From Chloroflexota bacterium (GTDB lineage: Bacteria > Chloroflexota > UBA11872 > VXOZ01): a DNA stretch of 64,000 bases. The notes under the pieces were generated by a model. The model was not told the origin of the DNA. It did not search any database and worked only from the letters and a program-made list of their open reading frames with translations. Shown in pieces: positions 49,313 to 59,422 of the stretch; position 1 is the stretch's first letter; every line of letters begins with the position of its first letter. The DNA lies in the NCBI GenBank assembly GCA_964291655.2, contig OZ219802.1, positions 480,001 through 544,000 of the forward strand, read 5' to 3'. Made by a program: the position numbers and the translations under genes.

Positions 49313-49442
49313 ACTGCTACCCGAACAAGCGTGAAAATAGGGGGAAAGGAGGCTATTCCGCCCTACGGGCCAGAGAGTTCCATCAGTATAGTCCCGTTAA
49401 GTGTCACTTCACGGGGAAGTGGCTGAATTAGGAGTTTAGATA

Positions 49443-50834
49443 ATGGAAGAGAAGCGACACGTCTTTTCCCGCCGCGGAATCTTGGTGGGCGCAGGCGGTC
49501 TCGGTGGTGTAGTCTTCTTGGCAGCTTGCGGCGCAGTTCCGGTTGCGCAGACTGGCGAGATGGCCGAAGACAAAGAGCCAGAGCCTGAGGCCAAAGAAGA
49601 GGTGGCGATGGAAGAGAAGATCATGCGGATTGACGAGACCTTCGTCGAATCCGATGGTCGCTATCAGGCGTTCCGGAATACCTTGGCGCAGGCCGAGGAA
49701 GCGCTGGGCATCAAGACCGAGGTCGTCCCCGGCGAGTACGGCACGATTTGGGAACGACGGCAGACGAACCATGCGGCCGGACAGGCCGACGTGGACCTCT
49801 CTATCAACCAGATCAACTGGTACGGCTATGGTGGCTTGCGGGGCATTTTCCCGGACCACATCCCTTACTTCCAGCGCGACAAGATTTCGTTGGAAGATTA
49901 CTTTCAAGCCGACCTGCGATCTTGGACCTGGCAGAATAAGCTCTACGCCGTACCCATGCAGTCCGGCGGCGAAGTGGTGCTCTTCAACAAGGAGTACTTC
50001 GACGAAGCCGGCCTGAACTACCCCGGCGGTGATTGGACTTACGACGACCTGCTCGCCATGGCCGAGCGGCTCCATAAGCCGGACGACGGCCGCTGGGCGA
50101 TGCAAGTGGGCCAGAATAGCCTCTGGTACATGGGCGGCACCTTCCTGCTCAACCATGGCGGGGCCATCATGAACGAGAACGACACCAAGGCGCTCTACGG
50201 TGAAGACCCATTGTCGCTGCGCGGCGCTCAGTTTAATGTGGACCTTCACCTCAAGCACCGGTACACACCTTCCAGCGAAGACATCCAGAAGGTTACTGCC
50301 GGTAGGTCCGGCATCGGCATTCTCGAGGTAAGAGCCCTTGCCATGGAGTTCAACGGCATGTTCCGTTACAACGCCGCCAAGTCGCACTTGGAGGACGCGT
50401 TGGATATTGCCATGCCGCCGCGGGACCAGAACCAGACTGCTACCCTGGTTGGGAATGGCTATTCTCTCATGACTCTCTCGCCGGACCAGGAAACCGCTTG
50501 GAGCTTCCTCAAGTACATCCACAGCGACGAGGGCGCCGAGGAAACCGACTACTTCGGCTACATTGCCTGGCCGCCGGTCATCCGGCACGGCCTGTTCCCG
50601 AAGTGGGCAGCACGCTACGAAGGCACGCAGGTAGAGCAGGTTGTGAACGGTTGGGCCGCCGGCGGCCGCCCGTTCCCGCGTGTGCTGGAATTCAGCGAAG
50701 CCTTTGGCCCGTCTAACGCGCCCTGGTATCAAGCCCTAAGCGGTGAAATCACCGTGGCCGAGGGTCTGCGCCAGTCCGCTGACATTCTCAACGAGGTCCT
50801 CGATCGCCGCCCCGAAGAGTATCGGGAAGGATAA
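49443..50834 (+). CDS. ABC transporter sugar-type solute-binding lipoprotein (Tat signal)
   Basis: SRRGIL twin-arginine motif, LAAC lipobox, LYAVP, FNKEYFDEAGL..P..WTYDD, AWSFLKY. Confidence 0.9.
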   Translation: MEEKRHVFSRRGILVGAGGLGGVVFLAACGAVPVAQTGEMAEDKEPEPEAKEEVAMEEKIMRIDETFVESDGRYQAFRNTLAQAEEALGIKTEVVPGEYGTIWERRQTNHAAGQADVDLSINQINWYGYGGLRGIFPDHIPYFQRDKISLEDYFQADLRSWTWQNKLYAVPMQSGGEVVLFNKEYFDEAGLNYPGGDWTYDDLLAMAERLHKPDDGRWAMQVGQNSLWYMGGTFLLNHGGAIMNENDTKALYGEDPLSLRGAQFNVDLHLKHRYTPSSEDIQKVTAGRSGIGILEVRALAMEFNGMFRYNAAKSHLEDALDIAMPPRDQNQTATLVGNGYSLMTLSPDQETAWSFLKYIHSDEGAEETDYFGYIAWPPVIRHGLFPKWAARYEGTQVEQVVNGWAAGGRPFPRVLEFSEAFGPSNAPWYQALSGEITVAEGLRQSADILNEVLDRRPEEYREG

Positions 50835-50885
50835 GCCCGACCCTTTGGGTACGCGAAACTGATCTCCATGCTTGGAGAATGACGA

Positions 50886-50913
50886 GTAGGGGCACGACAT
50901 GTCGTGCCCCTAC
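50886..50913. repeat. 28-bp GTAG-type REP palindrome
   Basis: Identical to the copy at 42418-42445. Confidence 0.9.
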
Positions 50914-51299
50914 TTTCGTCTTCAAAACACTTGCCCCCTAACATCGACTTGATAGTTCAATCAACACTTCTTGTCGGACTTGCCGCCCGCTAACCGTCAG
51001 AAATCGCCGTCAATGCGCAGCCGCACGTGCTCTCGCCGCTCGCTCGCAACACTACGCCGACGGGAGTCTCTGCTAAGCGTCTCGTCATTGCCTCTGTTCC
51101 CTGCACTTTGACTAGACAAGCCAGAGAAGACGCCAACTGCCTTGCGGCGATGCCTAAGACTCTCCCGCTTGTCCCGTCCATTTCCAACGAATGCTTGTGG
51201 GTATATAATCGCATTGGTAAACTACGCCGAGAAACAAAACCGGTGCATCTAAAGACAGAGCGTTTCCAATCTGTGCACAATCCGGGTAAGGAGCACTCC

Positions 51300-52214
51300 A
51301 TGGCTGTGTCGAACAAGGTATTCTTCTCCTATTTCGTCGACTGCGAGCCGCTGGCGGCCAAGTCGCCCCGCTGCGGCGGCCCCGCCTCGTGGGAAGTGAG
51401 CGAGCGCACCGTGCGCGCCATTCGCCAGTCCTTCGAATCGCACGGCCTGCTGCCCGCGGTCACCTTTAACCTCACGCCCGAAGCAGCCAAGGCCCACGCC
51501 GACATGATGCGGGAGTGGCACAGCGATGGCGTGAACATAGGAATCCAACCCAATGTCCCCGGCTTTCGCTATCCCAAGTACGAAAACGACCTCGGAGAGT
51601 ATGACGAGGCGACGCAACGCCAGATCATCGCCGAAGCCACGGAAGACTTCGAGACAGCACTAGGTTTCCGCTCGGATACGTATTGTGCATGCTGCGGCTC
51701 GAAGAGCCCGGTCACGCTGCGCCTACTGTATGAAGCAGGCTACAGGCAATATATTGCGCCCGCGCCGGGCCGCTATTTCCCGGACCGGCCGGACCGCTGC
51801 ACGGAAGGCGACTACCCGTACCCCCATTGGGGCAGCGCGCAGCACCACGTGCTGGGCGGAGCTCTGCCAATCTGCGTGATTTCCTGCAGTGGTGAAATGA
51901 GCGGCGGCCGCTGGGCACGCCCCCGCGACCTGCGCTCTGAAGAGCCCGTAAGCGAGGAGAGCCGCGAACTCTACCGCACCATCATCGACTGGAACCTAGA
52001 GCTTTCCGGTCTCATTCAGACGCCGGTGCGGGCGATCGTTGGCGCCACGCACAACTCTGAGAAAGTCAATATCCCGAATGTCGATTATGTCCTGGAGTAC
52101 ATCCAGGAAGCGACTGAAAGAGAGGGGCTGGAGCTCGTACCGGCTTCATTCCCCATGATTCATGAGGCGCTTGAAGAGGCCCTGCCGCTTTCTGAAGCGA
52201 TGTTGCCGGCTTAA
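51300..52214 (+). CDS. polysaccharide deacetylase-like hypothetical protein
   Basis: FVDCE, TFNLTPE.A, LGEYD...QRQII..A...FE.ALG. SD AAGGAG. Confidence 0.55.
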   Translation: MAVSNKVFFSYFVDCEPLAAKSPRCGGPASWEVSERTVRAIRQSFESHGLLPAVTFNLTPEAAKAHADMMREWHSDGVNIGIQPNVPGFRYPKYENDLGEYDEATQRQIIAEATEDFETALGFRSDTYCACCGSKSPVTLRLLYEAGYRQYIAPAPGRYFPDRPDRCTEGDYPYPHWGSAQHHVLGGALPICVISCSGEMSGGRWARPRDLRSEEPVSEESRELYRTIIDWNLELSGLIQTPVRAIVGATHNSEKVNIPNVDYVLEYIQEATEREGLELVPASFPMIHEALEEALPLSEAMLPA

Positions 52215-52241
52215 GATAATTCGAATGTGGAGGCAAAACCC

Positions 52242-53405
52242 ATGGCAACCACCATTGACCGCGTAACGCTTGCGGAACTGGAAGCAGAGTCGGCCGGGGA
52301 AGAGGCAATAGCTCCCGAATTACGCGTCATAGAGTACCAGAATGAACGCCTGGTCAAGAGCGCGTTTCCGTTTAGCTATCAGGGCCCCGACACCATGCTG
52401 TCGGAACTGCGTCGGCGCTACCAACTAGATGAAGTAATTTCATCCGGACAGACCGAATTCGATCAAGTGCTCCTGTTGCGCGAGTGGGTGCACACCCGCT
52501 GGAAGCACGGCTGGACTCGTGTGCCCGAGCCCCGCAACGCGCTTGAGATATTGGCTGCGGTGGAGCAGGGCAAGGATTTCAACTGCGGGTACTTTGCGGT
52601 GACCTTGATGCAGTGCCTCATGTCTCTTGGATTCGTCGCGCGAAACTTGAGCATCTGCAAAACGGAAAGCGATTGGATGTCCGCCGACGAGGGCAACATC
52701 GGTCATTCAATCGTCGAATTCTGGTCACACGATTACCACAAGTGGATACTGCTCGATCCCGACCTGAACGTGCACTACGAACGCGACAGTATCCCGCTCA
52801 GCGTCCTGGAAATTCACACTGCCTGGGTCACGCGCCGCTGGGATGAAGTGAGCATGGTAACAGGGCCGACCCCTTTCCGTGTTACCGACAAGGTGGAATC
52901 CGGCGCGGGCACAACATTCGTAAACAAAGACAATCAGGACGCCGAATTCCAGATCTTTGGTTGGCACAATGTGGGAGACTATTACTACCACATCGTGTTG
53001 CCGATGCGTAACACCCAACATTCGTCCAACGAGTACGAGGCCGCGCTGGAGTGGATTGACCCCTGGACAGCGCCGCGACTCATCGCCTACAACCGGGCCA
53101 ACAGCAGCCACTTTACCAGCAACGAAGTCGATCTCTACTGGTCCGTTGATCAAGTGCAAGTTAACCTCAAAGTAGATCAAGCAGCCTGGGAGCGGAGAAA
53201 AGCCGTGCTGTCCGTGTCGCTCGACCACAGCATGCCCAACCTCGATAAGCTCCTTGTACGCCTTAATGATGAAGAGTGGCGTGAGACAACACCTGAGTTT
53301 ACCTGGCATCTGCGCCCCGGCAAGAATCAGATTATGGCAAAGGGTGTGAACCGGTTTGGCCGAGAGGGGCACGTCAGCCGCATTTTGCTCCGTTTCAACC
53401 CCTAG
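52242..53405 (+). CDS. transglutaminase-like (papain-fold) protein
   Basis: Cys-His-Asp triad: FNCGYFA, GHSIVEFW, KWILLDP. SD GGAGG. Confidence 0.75.
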   Translation: MATTIDRVTLAELEAESAGEEAIAPELRVIEYQNERLVKSAFPFSYQGPDTMLSELRRRYQLDEVISSGQTEFDQVLLLREWVHTRWKHGWTRVPEPRNALEILAAVEQGKDFNCGYFAVTLMQCLMSLGFVARNLSICKTESDWMSADEGNIGHSIVEFWSHDYHKWILLDPDLNVHYERDSIPLSVLEIHTAWVTRRWDEVSMVTGPTPFRVTDKVESGAGTTFVNKDNQDAEFQIFGWHNVGDYYYHIVLPMRNTQHSSNEYEAALEWIDPWTAPRLIAYNRANSSHFTSNEVDLYWSVDQVQVNLKVDQAAWERRKAVLSVSLDHSMPNLDKLLVRLNDEEWRETTPEFTWHLRPGKNQIMAKGVNRFGREGHVSRILLRFNP

Positions 53406-53527
53406 CGGCAAGGGCAATGATCTTTGTCCGCTCCTTGCGAGAGTGGGACCAGCCGGGCGCAGTGTGTTCTCTAACACAACGCTACTACCGAAATCTATGA
53501 CAGCTTTAAAATGGACAGGAGATGCCT

Positions 53528-55039
53528 ATGAACTTCTTGGCAGCCCAAGGAAACATCCTGGAACAGGATGCAGACCTCATTGTCGTCAACCTCTTTGAGG
53601 GTGTGACCGCACCCGGCGGAGCCACTGGTGCAGTAGACCGCGCTCTTGACGGTCAGATTAGCGATCTGATCGCTGCCGGTGACTTTGAAGGCAAACTTAA
53701 CGAATCCCTCTACTTGTATACGCAAGGAGCAATTTCGGCCCGGCGTGTCCTCATCATCGGCCTTGGCAAGCAAGATGACTTCACACTGGACCGCGCCCGC
53801 CAGGTAGCAGCAAAGGCAGCGCGCACCTCCCGCGACCTTAGCGCGAAACAAGTGGCAAGCATTGTGCATGGGGCCGGAATCGGTGGACTCTCCCCTGTTG
53901 ACGCGGCACGCGCCGCGGCCGAAGGCACTGTGCTCGGCCTCTATCGCTATGAGCGCTACAAGTCCGACAAGGACGATAAAGCACTGGATTCCGTCACCTT
54001 CGTCGAAGCCGATTCCGAGAAGTTTGCCGCCGTCTCTACGGGCGTCAATGAAGGCATCGCCATTGGCGACGCCCAGAACTTCACCCGCGACCTATCCACC
54101 ACGCCCGGGAGCGACCTCCCGCCTGCAGCGCTTGCTGAAGCGGCCAGTGCAATGGCGCAAGAATTCGGCCTGAAGTGCACCATTCTCGGGCCGGAAGAGA
54201 TCGCTGCGGAGAACATGAACGTCATATTGGGTGTTTCGCGAGGTAGCGACCAGCCATGTCGCTTCATCGTGCTCGATTACACGCCTGACGCAGCCACCGA
54301 CCAGACCATTGTGCTGGTCGGCAAAGGTATCACGTTCGATACGGGCGGCCTCAACCTCAAACCCGGCGATTCCATGCGGCACATGGAATCTGATATGGCC
54401 GGGGGAGCCGGCGTGATGGGTGCAATGCGCCTGGTAGGCCACTTCAAGCCCAGCGTGCGCGTCATCGGCCTGGTGCCTGCATCGGAAAACATGCCCGGCG
54501 CCAATGCGTTCAAGCCCGGCGATGTCCTGCGGGCCGCCAACGGCAAGACCATAGAGATCGACAACACCGACGCCGAAGGGAGGCTGGTCTTGGCCGATGC
54601 GCTGAGCTATGCGCAGCGGTACAATCCGTCTGCCATCATAGATATGGCCACGCTGACCGGCGCCGTCATCGTTGCCTTGGGCCAGCACGCCGCGGGACTG
54701 ATGACCAACCACGCCGGGCTGGCGGAAAGAGTCAAGGCGGCGGGAGACGTGACCGGCGAGCGTGTCTGGGAACTACCGCTGTGGCCGGAGTACGAGGAAC
54801 AGGTGAAAAGCCCCATCGCCGATGTAAAGAACACCGGCGGACGGGCAGCGGGAAGCATCACCGGCGCGGCGCTCCTCAAGCTGTTCGTCGATGACAAGCC
54901 CTGGGTCCACCTGGACATTGCCGGAGTGGATTTCACGGACTTGGATCGACCGTACATACCAAAAGGCAGCAGCGGCTATGGCGCGCGTCTCCTCTACCAG
55001 GTCGTACGCGACTGGGAGGACGGGCTAGAATCTGCTTAG
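53528..55039 (+). CDS. pepA: leucyl aminopeptidase (M17)
   Basis: VGKGITFDTGG, DMAGG, NTDAEGRL, ATLTGA, WVHLDIAG. Confidence 0.95.
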   Translation: MNFLAAQGNILEQDADLIVVNLFEGVTAPGGATGAVDRALDGQISDLIAAGDFEGKLNESLYLYTQGAISARRVLIIGLGKQDDFTLDRARQVAAKAARTSRDLSAKQVASIVHGAGIGGLSPVDAARAAAEGTVLGLYRYERYKSDKDDKALDSVTFVEADSEKFAAVSTGVNEGIAIGDAQNFTRDLSTTPGSDLPPAALAEAASAMAQEFGLKCTILGPEEIAAENMNVILGVSRGSDQPCRFIVLDYTPDAATDQTIVLVGKGITFDTGGLNLKPGDSMRHMESDMAGGAGVMGAMRLVGHFKPSVRVIGLVPASENMPGANAFKPGDVLRAANGKTIEIDNTDAEGRLVLADALSYAQRYNPSAIIDMATLTGAVIVALGQHAAGLMTNHAGLAERVKAAGDVTGERVWELPLWPEYEEQVKSPIADVKNTGGRAAGSITGAALLKLFVDDKPWVHLDIAGVDFTDLDRPYIPKGSSGYGARLLYQVVRDWEDGLESA

Positions 55040-55193
55040 AAACTATCTCATAAATAGGTTCGATAGCCGATTCGTGCTGAGTGCTGCGCGAAGCCCTTGT
55101 CGAGGCACGAACGGATTCTTGCCTTTTCCGTTCGCCCTGAGCCTGTCGAAGGGCAAGTCTAACAGAGCGATATATTCTAGAGACAAGTTCTAG
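55037..55193 (+). mobile_element. MITE-like composite element, copy 2
   Basis: Ends TAGAAACTATCTCATA / GAGACAAGTTCTAG. Shares GCACGAACGG..CCGTTCGCCCTGAGCCTGTCGAAGGGCAAGTCTA with 59423-59564. Confidence 0.65.
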
Positions 55194-55288
55194 CCTTTTC
55201 GTCACAGAATTTTCTCGCGAAGCGTGTCATGGGGAAAGTAGAGCGGAATTAGTAGATATAGGCTTGTAGTCTTTGCGGGCAGCGTTCA

Positions 55289-55380
55289 TGTCATTCCGAG
55301 CGCAGCGTCGAACAGGGTTCGCGGAATCTAAGATAGCTCCCGATTCTAGATTCTTCGTCGCTGCGCTCCTCAGAATTACA
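55289..55380. repeat. REP-like inverted pair (TGTCATTCCGAGCGCAGCG...CGCTGCGCTCCTCAGAATTACA)
   Basis: Inverted repeat arms; same GTCATTCC..GGAATC family as 13075-13102. Confidence 0.7.
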
Positions 55381-55487
55381 GTTGGAAGTTGGTTCAGACC
55401 TAAAGACGATCACAAGTCTTATCTCTTGCCAACCCAAGCCTAAAGCTACTAATTGCTAAGTAGAGATTACCGGGTCGCGAAAGTAGC

Positions 55488-55964
55488 GTGGTTGTGGGCG
55501 CGAACCCAATGTCTGAAGCGGCCAAGCGGACGCTTGCCCGGTCACGCGCTGAAGCGTTGTTCTTTCAGCATGACCAGATTCTGCCGGAGGACATACTAAC
55601 CGCAATTCTTAGTCTCCCTCATTGTCATGCCGCGCAATTGCTACGCCGACTCGGACTAGACTTGCACCTCGTCACGCGTGAAGTCGTTACGGTCACTCAC
55701 TTTGGCCCAACTCGCAAGAACATCCTGAATCCGTCACTCTCCGCTACAAGCTTGCGCGTGATCGAACTCGCTGCAGAGGAGTCATGGTCGCTTGCCGCCG
55801 AGTACATCGGCACCGAGCACCTGCTCTTTGGGCTTCTTCAGGAGAAGAGTCCGGCTTCGCAGGCGCTTACCGAACGCACGGACGTCCGGATAGACGAAGT
55901 GCGGCAGCTGGCCGGAGCATGGGCCGGTAAAGGCCCTGAAGAGGAACCGCAGCATTGCACGTGA
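55488..55964 (+). CDS. stand-alone Clp N-terminal (Clp repeat) domain protein
   Basis: EALFFQHDQILPEDIL and YIGTEHLLFGLL; colinear with the N-domain of the next gene; no AAA+ module. Confidence 0.8.
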   Translation: MVVGANPMSEAAKRTLARSRAEALFFQHDQILPEDILTAILSLPHCHAAQLLRRLGLDLHLVTREVVTVTHFGPTRKNILNPSLSATSLRVIELAAEESWSLAAEYIGTEHLLFGLLQEKSPASQALTERTDVRIDEVRQLAGAWAGKGPEEEPQHCT

Positions 55965-56012
55965 GCAGCAGTACCGGCATGGTGCTCCTTCAGCCTGGCA
56001 GCGCAACTACCA

Positions 56013-56021
56013 TGATATAAT
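56013..56021 (+). promoter_or_regulatory. extended -10 promoter upstream of clpC
   Basis: TG-A-TATAAT ending 47 nt upstream of the clpC start. Confidence 0.5.
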
Positions 56022-56068
56022 GCGACTAGAACAAGACCCAATTCTTTCACTCCCGGAAGAGCAGCCAA

Positions 56069-58522
56069 GTGGCGGATATCGTCAATCGCCTTACGGACAT
56101 GGGCAAGCAAGCCTTACAGCTTGCGCGCAACGAGGCGCTCTTCTTCCAGCACCAACAAATCCGGCCTGAGCACATACTCCTCGCGCTCGTGGCGTTGCCC
56201 GAATGTCTCGCAGCGCGCCTGCTACGTGAGTTAGGGCTGGATCTGCACGTGATCGTGCGGGAAATCGTCGCCGCCATTGACTTCGGCCAATCACGCGAAG
56301 CCTTTGCCAGTCCACGCCTATCCTCTTCCGGCTTGCGCGTGCTTGAGCTTGCCGATGAAGAATCGCGAGCGCTATCCACCGAGTACATTGGCACCGAGCA
56401 CTTGCTCCTGGGACTTCTCAGCGAAGAAGAAGGCCTGGCGTCACACGTGCTGATAAACCGCCTGGGTGTGCAAATAGATGTAATGCGGCGCATGGCCAAT
56501 CGTTGGTCGCGCAAGAGCCCGGAAGTAGGTCGGCAGCGTGGCCGCGAGCGTTCTCGTCGCCAGGAACGAACTTCAATCCTCGAGCAATACGGGCGAGACC
56601 TTACACAACTGGCCCGCCAAGAAGACCTGGACCCCGTCGTCGGCCGCCAGAATGAGGTCGAACGCATGTGCGAGGTCCTCTTGCGCCGCCGTAAGAACAA
56701 TCCGGTGCTCGTGGGCCCTGCTGGCGTCGGCAAGACCGCCGTAGTTGAGGGACTGGCGGAACGCATCGTTTCAAAGGAAGCTGCCACTGTGATGCACGAC
56801 ATGAGGGTCGTGCAACTTGATCTCGCCGGTCTCATTGCAGGGACGAAGTTCCGGGGCGAGTTCGAAGAGCGTCTCAAGCGACTCATCGAGGAAGTAAAGA
56901 GTAGCGACAATCTCATCCTATTCGTCGATGAAGTGCATATGATGCTCGGCGCGGGTGCCGCTGCCGGGGCAATGGATGCCGCAAACATGCTAAAACCGGT
57001 GCTCTCGCGCGGCGAATTGCGCATGATCGGTGCGACGACGTGGGATGAATACCGGCGCTACATCGAGCGCGACGGTACATTGGTGCGGCGCTTCCAGCCG
57101 ATCGCGGTAGAAGAACCGGCGTTCGAGGAGACTGTCGAGATTCTGGCAGGGATTCGGAAAGTCTATGAGACCTTCCACGGCGTCACAATTACGGATGAAG
57201 CGTTAGTGAGTTCGGTGCGGCTGGCCCAGCGCTATCTGCCGGGCAGGTTCTTCCCCGATAAATCCATCGACCTCATTGATGAAGCGGCTGCGAAGATCAA
57301 AGTCTCGCGCCTCACGGCGCCATCCGAGATGCGTAAGCTCAAACATCGGCTGGATTTACTCCAAACAGAAGCCAAGGAGGCCCGGGAAGAGGGCAACTAC
57401 GACTGGATTACGCGCGTAAACACTGAGATTGAGAACTTGCATAAGCAACTGCGTGACATCGAAACAGGATGGCGCAGGGAACTCGCGGAGCGCAGGGCTG
57501 AGATCGGCGAGCGAGAGATCGCCGCAGTAATTGCACAATGGACAGGAGTGCCCAGCAGCACGGTCGACTCCAATGAGGCCCGGAGACTGCTCAAGATGGA
57601 GTCTGAAATCTCCCGGCGCATAGTCGGCCAGCAGGAACCTGCCCGCGATGTCGCTCAGGCGTTGCGCCGTGCGCTCGCCGGGGTCAAGGATCCTACGCGT
57701 CCCATCGGTTCCTTTCTTTTCATTGGCAGTCCGGGTGTTGGCAAGACGGAGCTTGCGAAAGCAATCGCGGAGTTTACGTTGGGCGATGAGCAGCAAATGG
57801 TCCGCATCGACATGTCCGAGTACGATGAGTATCACACGGTCTCACGTTTGATCGGTTCGCCACCCGGTTACGTAGGTTACGACGAAGCCGGACAGCTCAC
57901 GGAAGCCGTGCGGCGTCGGGCGTATGCAGTCATCCTGCTCGATGACATCGACAAAGCGCATCCTGCTGTACTTGACGCCCTGCTGCAAATCCTCGACCAC
58001 GGTCAGCTTACCGATGGTCAGGGCCGCGTTGTGAGCTTCCGCAACGCTGTGCTGATCTTCACTTCGAACTTCTTCGACGAAGATCCGAATCGGGTTGGCA
58101 TAGGCTTCAACGCAGACAATGTTGTTGTTGACTACACACGCATCAAGAGGGCGGCGCTCAAGGCGCTTGAGCGCAACCTCCGCCCCGAATTCCTGAATCG
58201 CGTGGATACTGTTTGTGCCTTTCATCCCCTCACAGAGGAGAACATTCACAACATTGCCGAACGGCTCATTCGGGAGTGTACAGCGCATCTTGCCACGGAG
58301 GGCATTACGCTCGACGTAGACGATGCTGTGATCGAACACCTTGCGAAGCGCTGCGGCACCCTGCAAGGCGCGCGGCCCCTGCGCCGCCTTATCACCACCT
58401 TGCTTGAAGACCCCCTAACTGACCTGCGCCTGAGTGACGAGTCCCGGTCGCACTGGATTGTCATCCTCAACGCAGCCGGAGACGACGTCGAAATCCAGCC
58501 GGCAGAAGTTCCAATTGGCTGA
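56069..58522 (+). CDS. clpC: Clp protease ATP-binding subunit (ClpC-type)
   Basis: N-domain, KNNPVL, GPAGVGKT, FVDEVH, coiled-coil M-domain, GSPGVGKT, RIDMSEY, GSPPGYVGY, IGF loop, GARPLRR. Confidence 0.9.
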   Translation: MADIVNRLTDMGKQALQLARNEALFFQHQQIRPEHILLALVALPECLAARLLRELGLDLHVIVREIVAAIDFGQSREAFASPRLSSSGLRVLELADEESRALSTEYIGTEHLLLGLLSEEEGLASHVLINRLGVQIDVMRRMANRWSRKSPEVGRQRGRERSRRQERTSILEQYGRDLTQLARQEDLDPVVGRQNEVERMCEVLLRRRKNNPVLVGPAGVGKTAVVEGLAERIVSKEAATVMHDMRVVQLDLAGLIAGTKFRGEFEERLKRLIEEVKSSDNLILFVDEVHMMLGAGAAAGAMDAANMLKPVLSRGELRMIGATTWDEYRRYIERDGTLVRRFQPIAVEEPAFEETVEILAGIRKVYETFHGVTITDEALVSSVRLAQRYLPGRFFPDKSIDLIDEAAAKIKVSRLTAPSEMRKLKHRLDLLQTEAKEAREEGNYDWITRVNTEIENLHKQLRDIETGWRRELAERRAEIGEREIAAVIAQWTGVPSSTVDSNEARRLLKMESEISRRIVGQQEPARDVAQALRRALAGVKDPTRPIGSFLFIGSPGVGKTELAKAIAEFTLGDEQQMVRIDMSEYDEYHTVSRLIGSPPGYVGYDEAGQLTEAVRRRAYAVILLDDIDKAHPAVLDALLQILDHGQLTDGQGRVVSFRNAVLIFTSNFFDEDPNRVGIGFNADNVVVDYTRIKRAALKALERNLRPEFLNRVDTVCAFHPLTEENIHNIAERLIRECTAHLATEGITLDVDDAVIEHLAKRCGTLQGARPLRRLITTLLEDPLTDLRLSDESRSHWIVILNAAGDDVEIQPAEVPIG

Positions 58523-58525
58523 CCT

Positions 58526-59221
58526 GTGCAGAGAGCGCTGCACCACGTCCTCGACCTGTTATTGCCGCAGCGGTGTGTGAGTTGCCGTACACTTGGCGAA
58601 AACCTCTGCCGGTCATGTATTGGGGGCATAGCCGAATTGCCGACGTTGCGCTGTCCTCTTTGCAACGCCGCCGTCGCCAAGCAGTATGCAATCTGCCGCC
58701 AGTGTAGATTGACCCATCCTAAGCTGCGCGGAATTGCGACAATAGGCGCGTTCTCCGGCCCGTTGCGCCATGCAATCCACCACTACAAGTACCAGAACCG
58801 CACAAGTCTGGCGCAGGACCTCGGCGAGTTGCTGAGCCGGCTTGTCATGGATGCAGAGATTCCCCCATGCGCGGCGATCGTCCCGGTACCGATTCATCCC
58901 AAACGAGAGGCCGAGCGAGGTTTCAACCAAGCTTCGCTGTTGGCACTGGCGGTCGGCGAGCGTTTGCACCTACCCGTCCTCAGTGACGGAATCGTTCGCA
59001 TTGTGGATACCCCACCGCAGGTGGGATTATCGCGCGAGCAACGTCTCCGCAACGTGGCCGGGGCATTCTCGGCACGTCGCGGCGCATTCCAACACGGCGG
59101 CATATTGCTACTTGACGACGTAGCGACAACCGGGGCAACCCTGGTTACCTGCGCGCAAGAGCTCGTACAGGAAGGCGGCGCGCCCTGGGTCTGGGGTGCG
59201 GTGCTCGCGCGCGGGGGATAG
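58526..59221 (+). CDS. comF: ComF family protein (zinc finger + PRTase fold)
   Basis: CxxC pairs, VPVPIH..R..ERGFNQA, LLDDVATTGAT. Confidence 0.9.
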   Translation: MQRALHHVLDLLLPQRCVSCRTLGENLCRSCIGGIAELPTLRCPLCNAAVAKQYAICRQCRLTHPKLRGIATIGAFSGPLRHAIHHYKYQNRTSLAQDLGELLSRLVMDAEIPPCAAIVPVPIHPKREAERGFNQASLLALAVGERLHLPVLSDGIVRIVDTPPQVGLSREQRLRNVAGAFSARRGAFQHGGILLLDDVATTGATLVTCAQELVQEGGAPWVWGAVLARGG

Positions 59222-59422
59222 AGAATCGCCAAAGCGCAATGGTGCGTACGGATCGTCCAAGACCTATTAGGACTCCTTCGCACAACCACGGCCTGCGGCA
59301 AAAAAATACTCCCTCTCCTTAGGGAGACCTTTGAATTACACTTGCTGGGGCGGGAAAATCCCCTCTCCCGGAGGATACCTTTGCATAGCCCCACATTCAA
59401 GCAGGGGCATTCCCTCTCCGGG

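Noticed and set aside
49428-50732. 434-aa minus-strand ORF
   Set aside because: Antisense shadow of the solute-binding protein gene; no motifs.
55964-56069. Free Clp N-domain and clpC as one frameshifted gene
   Set aside because: ClpC has its own complete N-domain, and a stop codon, a 104-nt spacer and a promoter-like motif separate the two.
56047-57024. 325-aa minus-strand ORF
   Set aside because: Antisense to clpC, Ser/Arg-rich and not protein-like.
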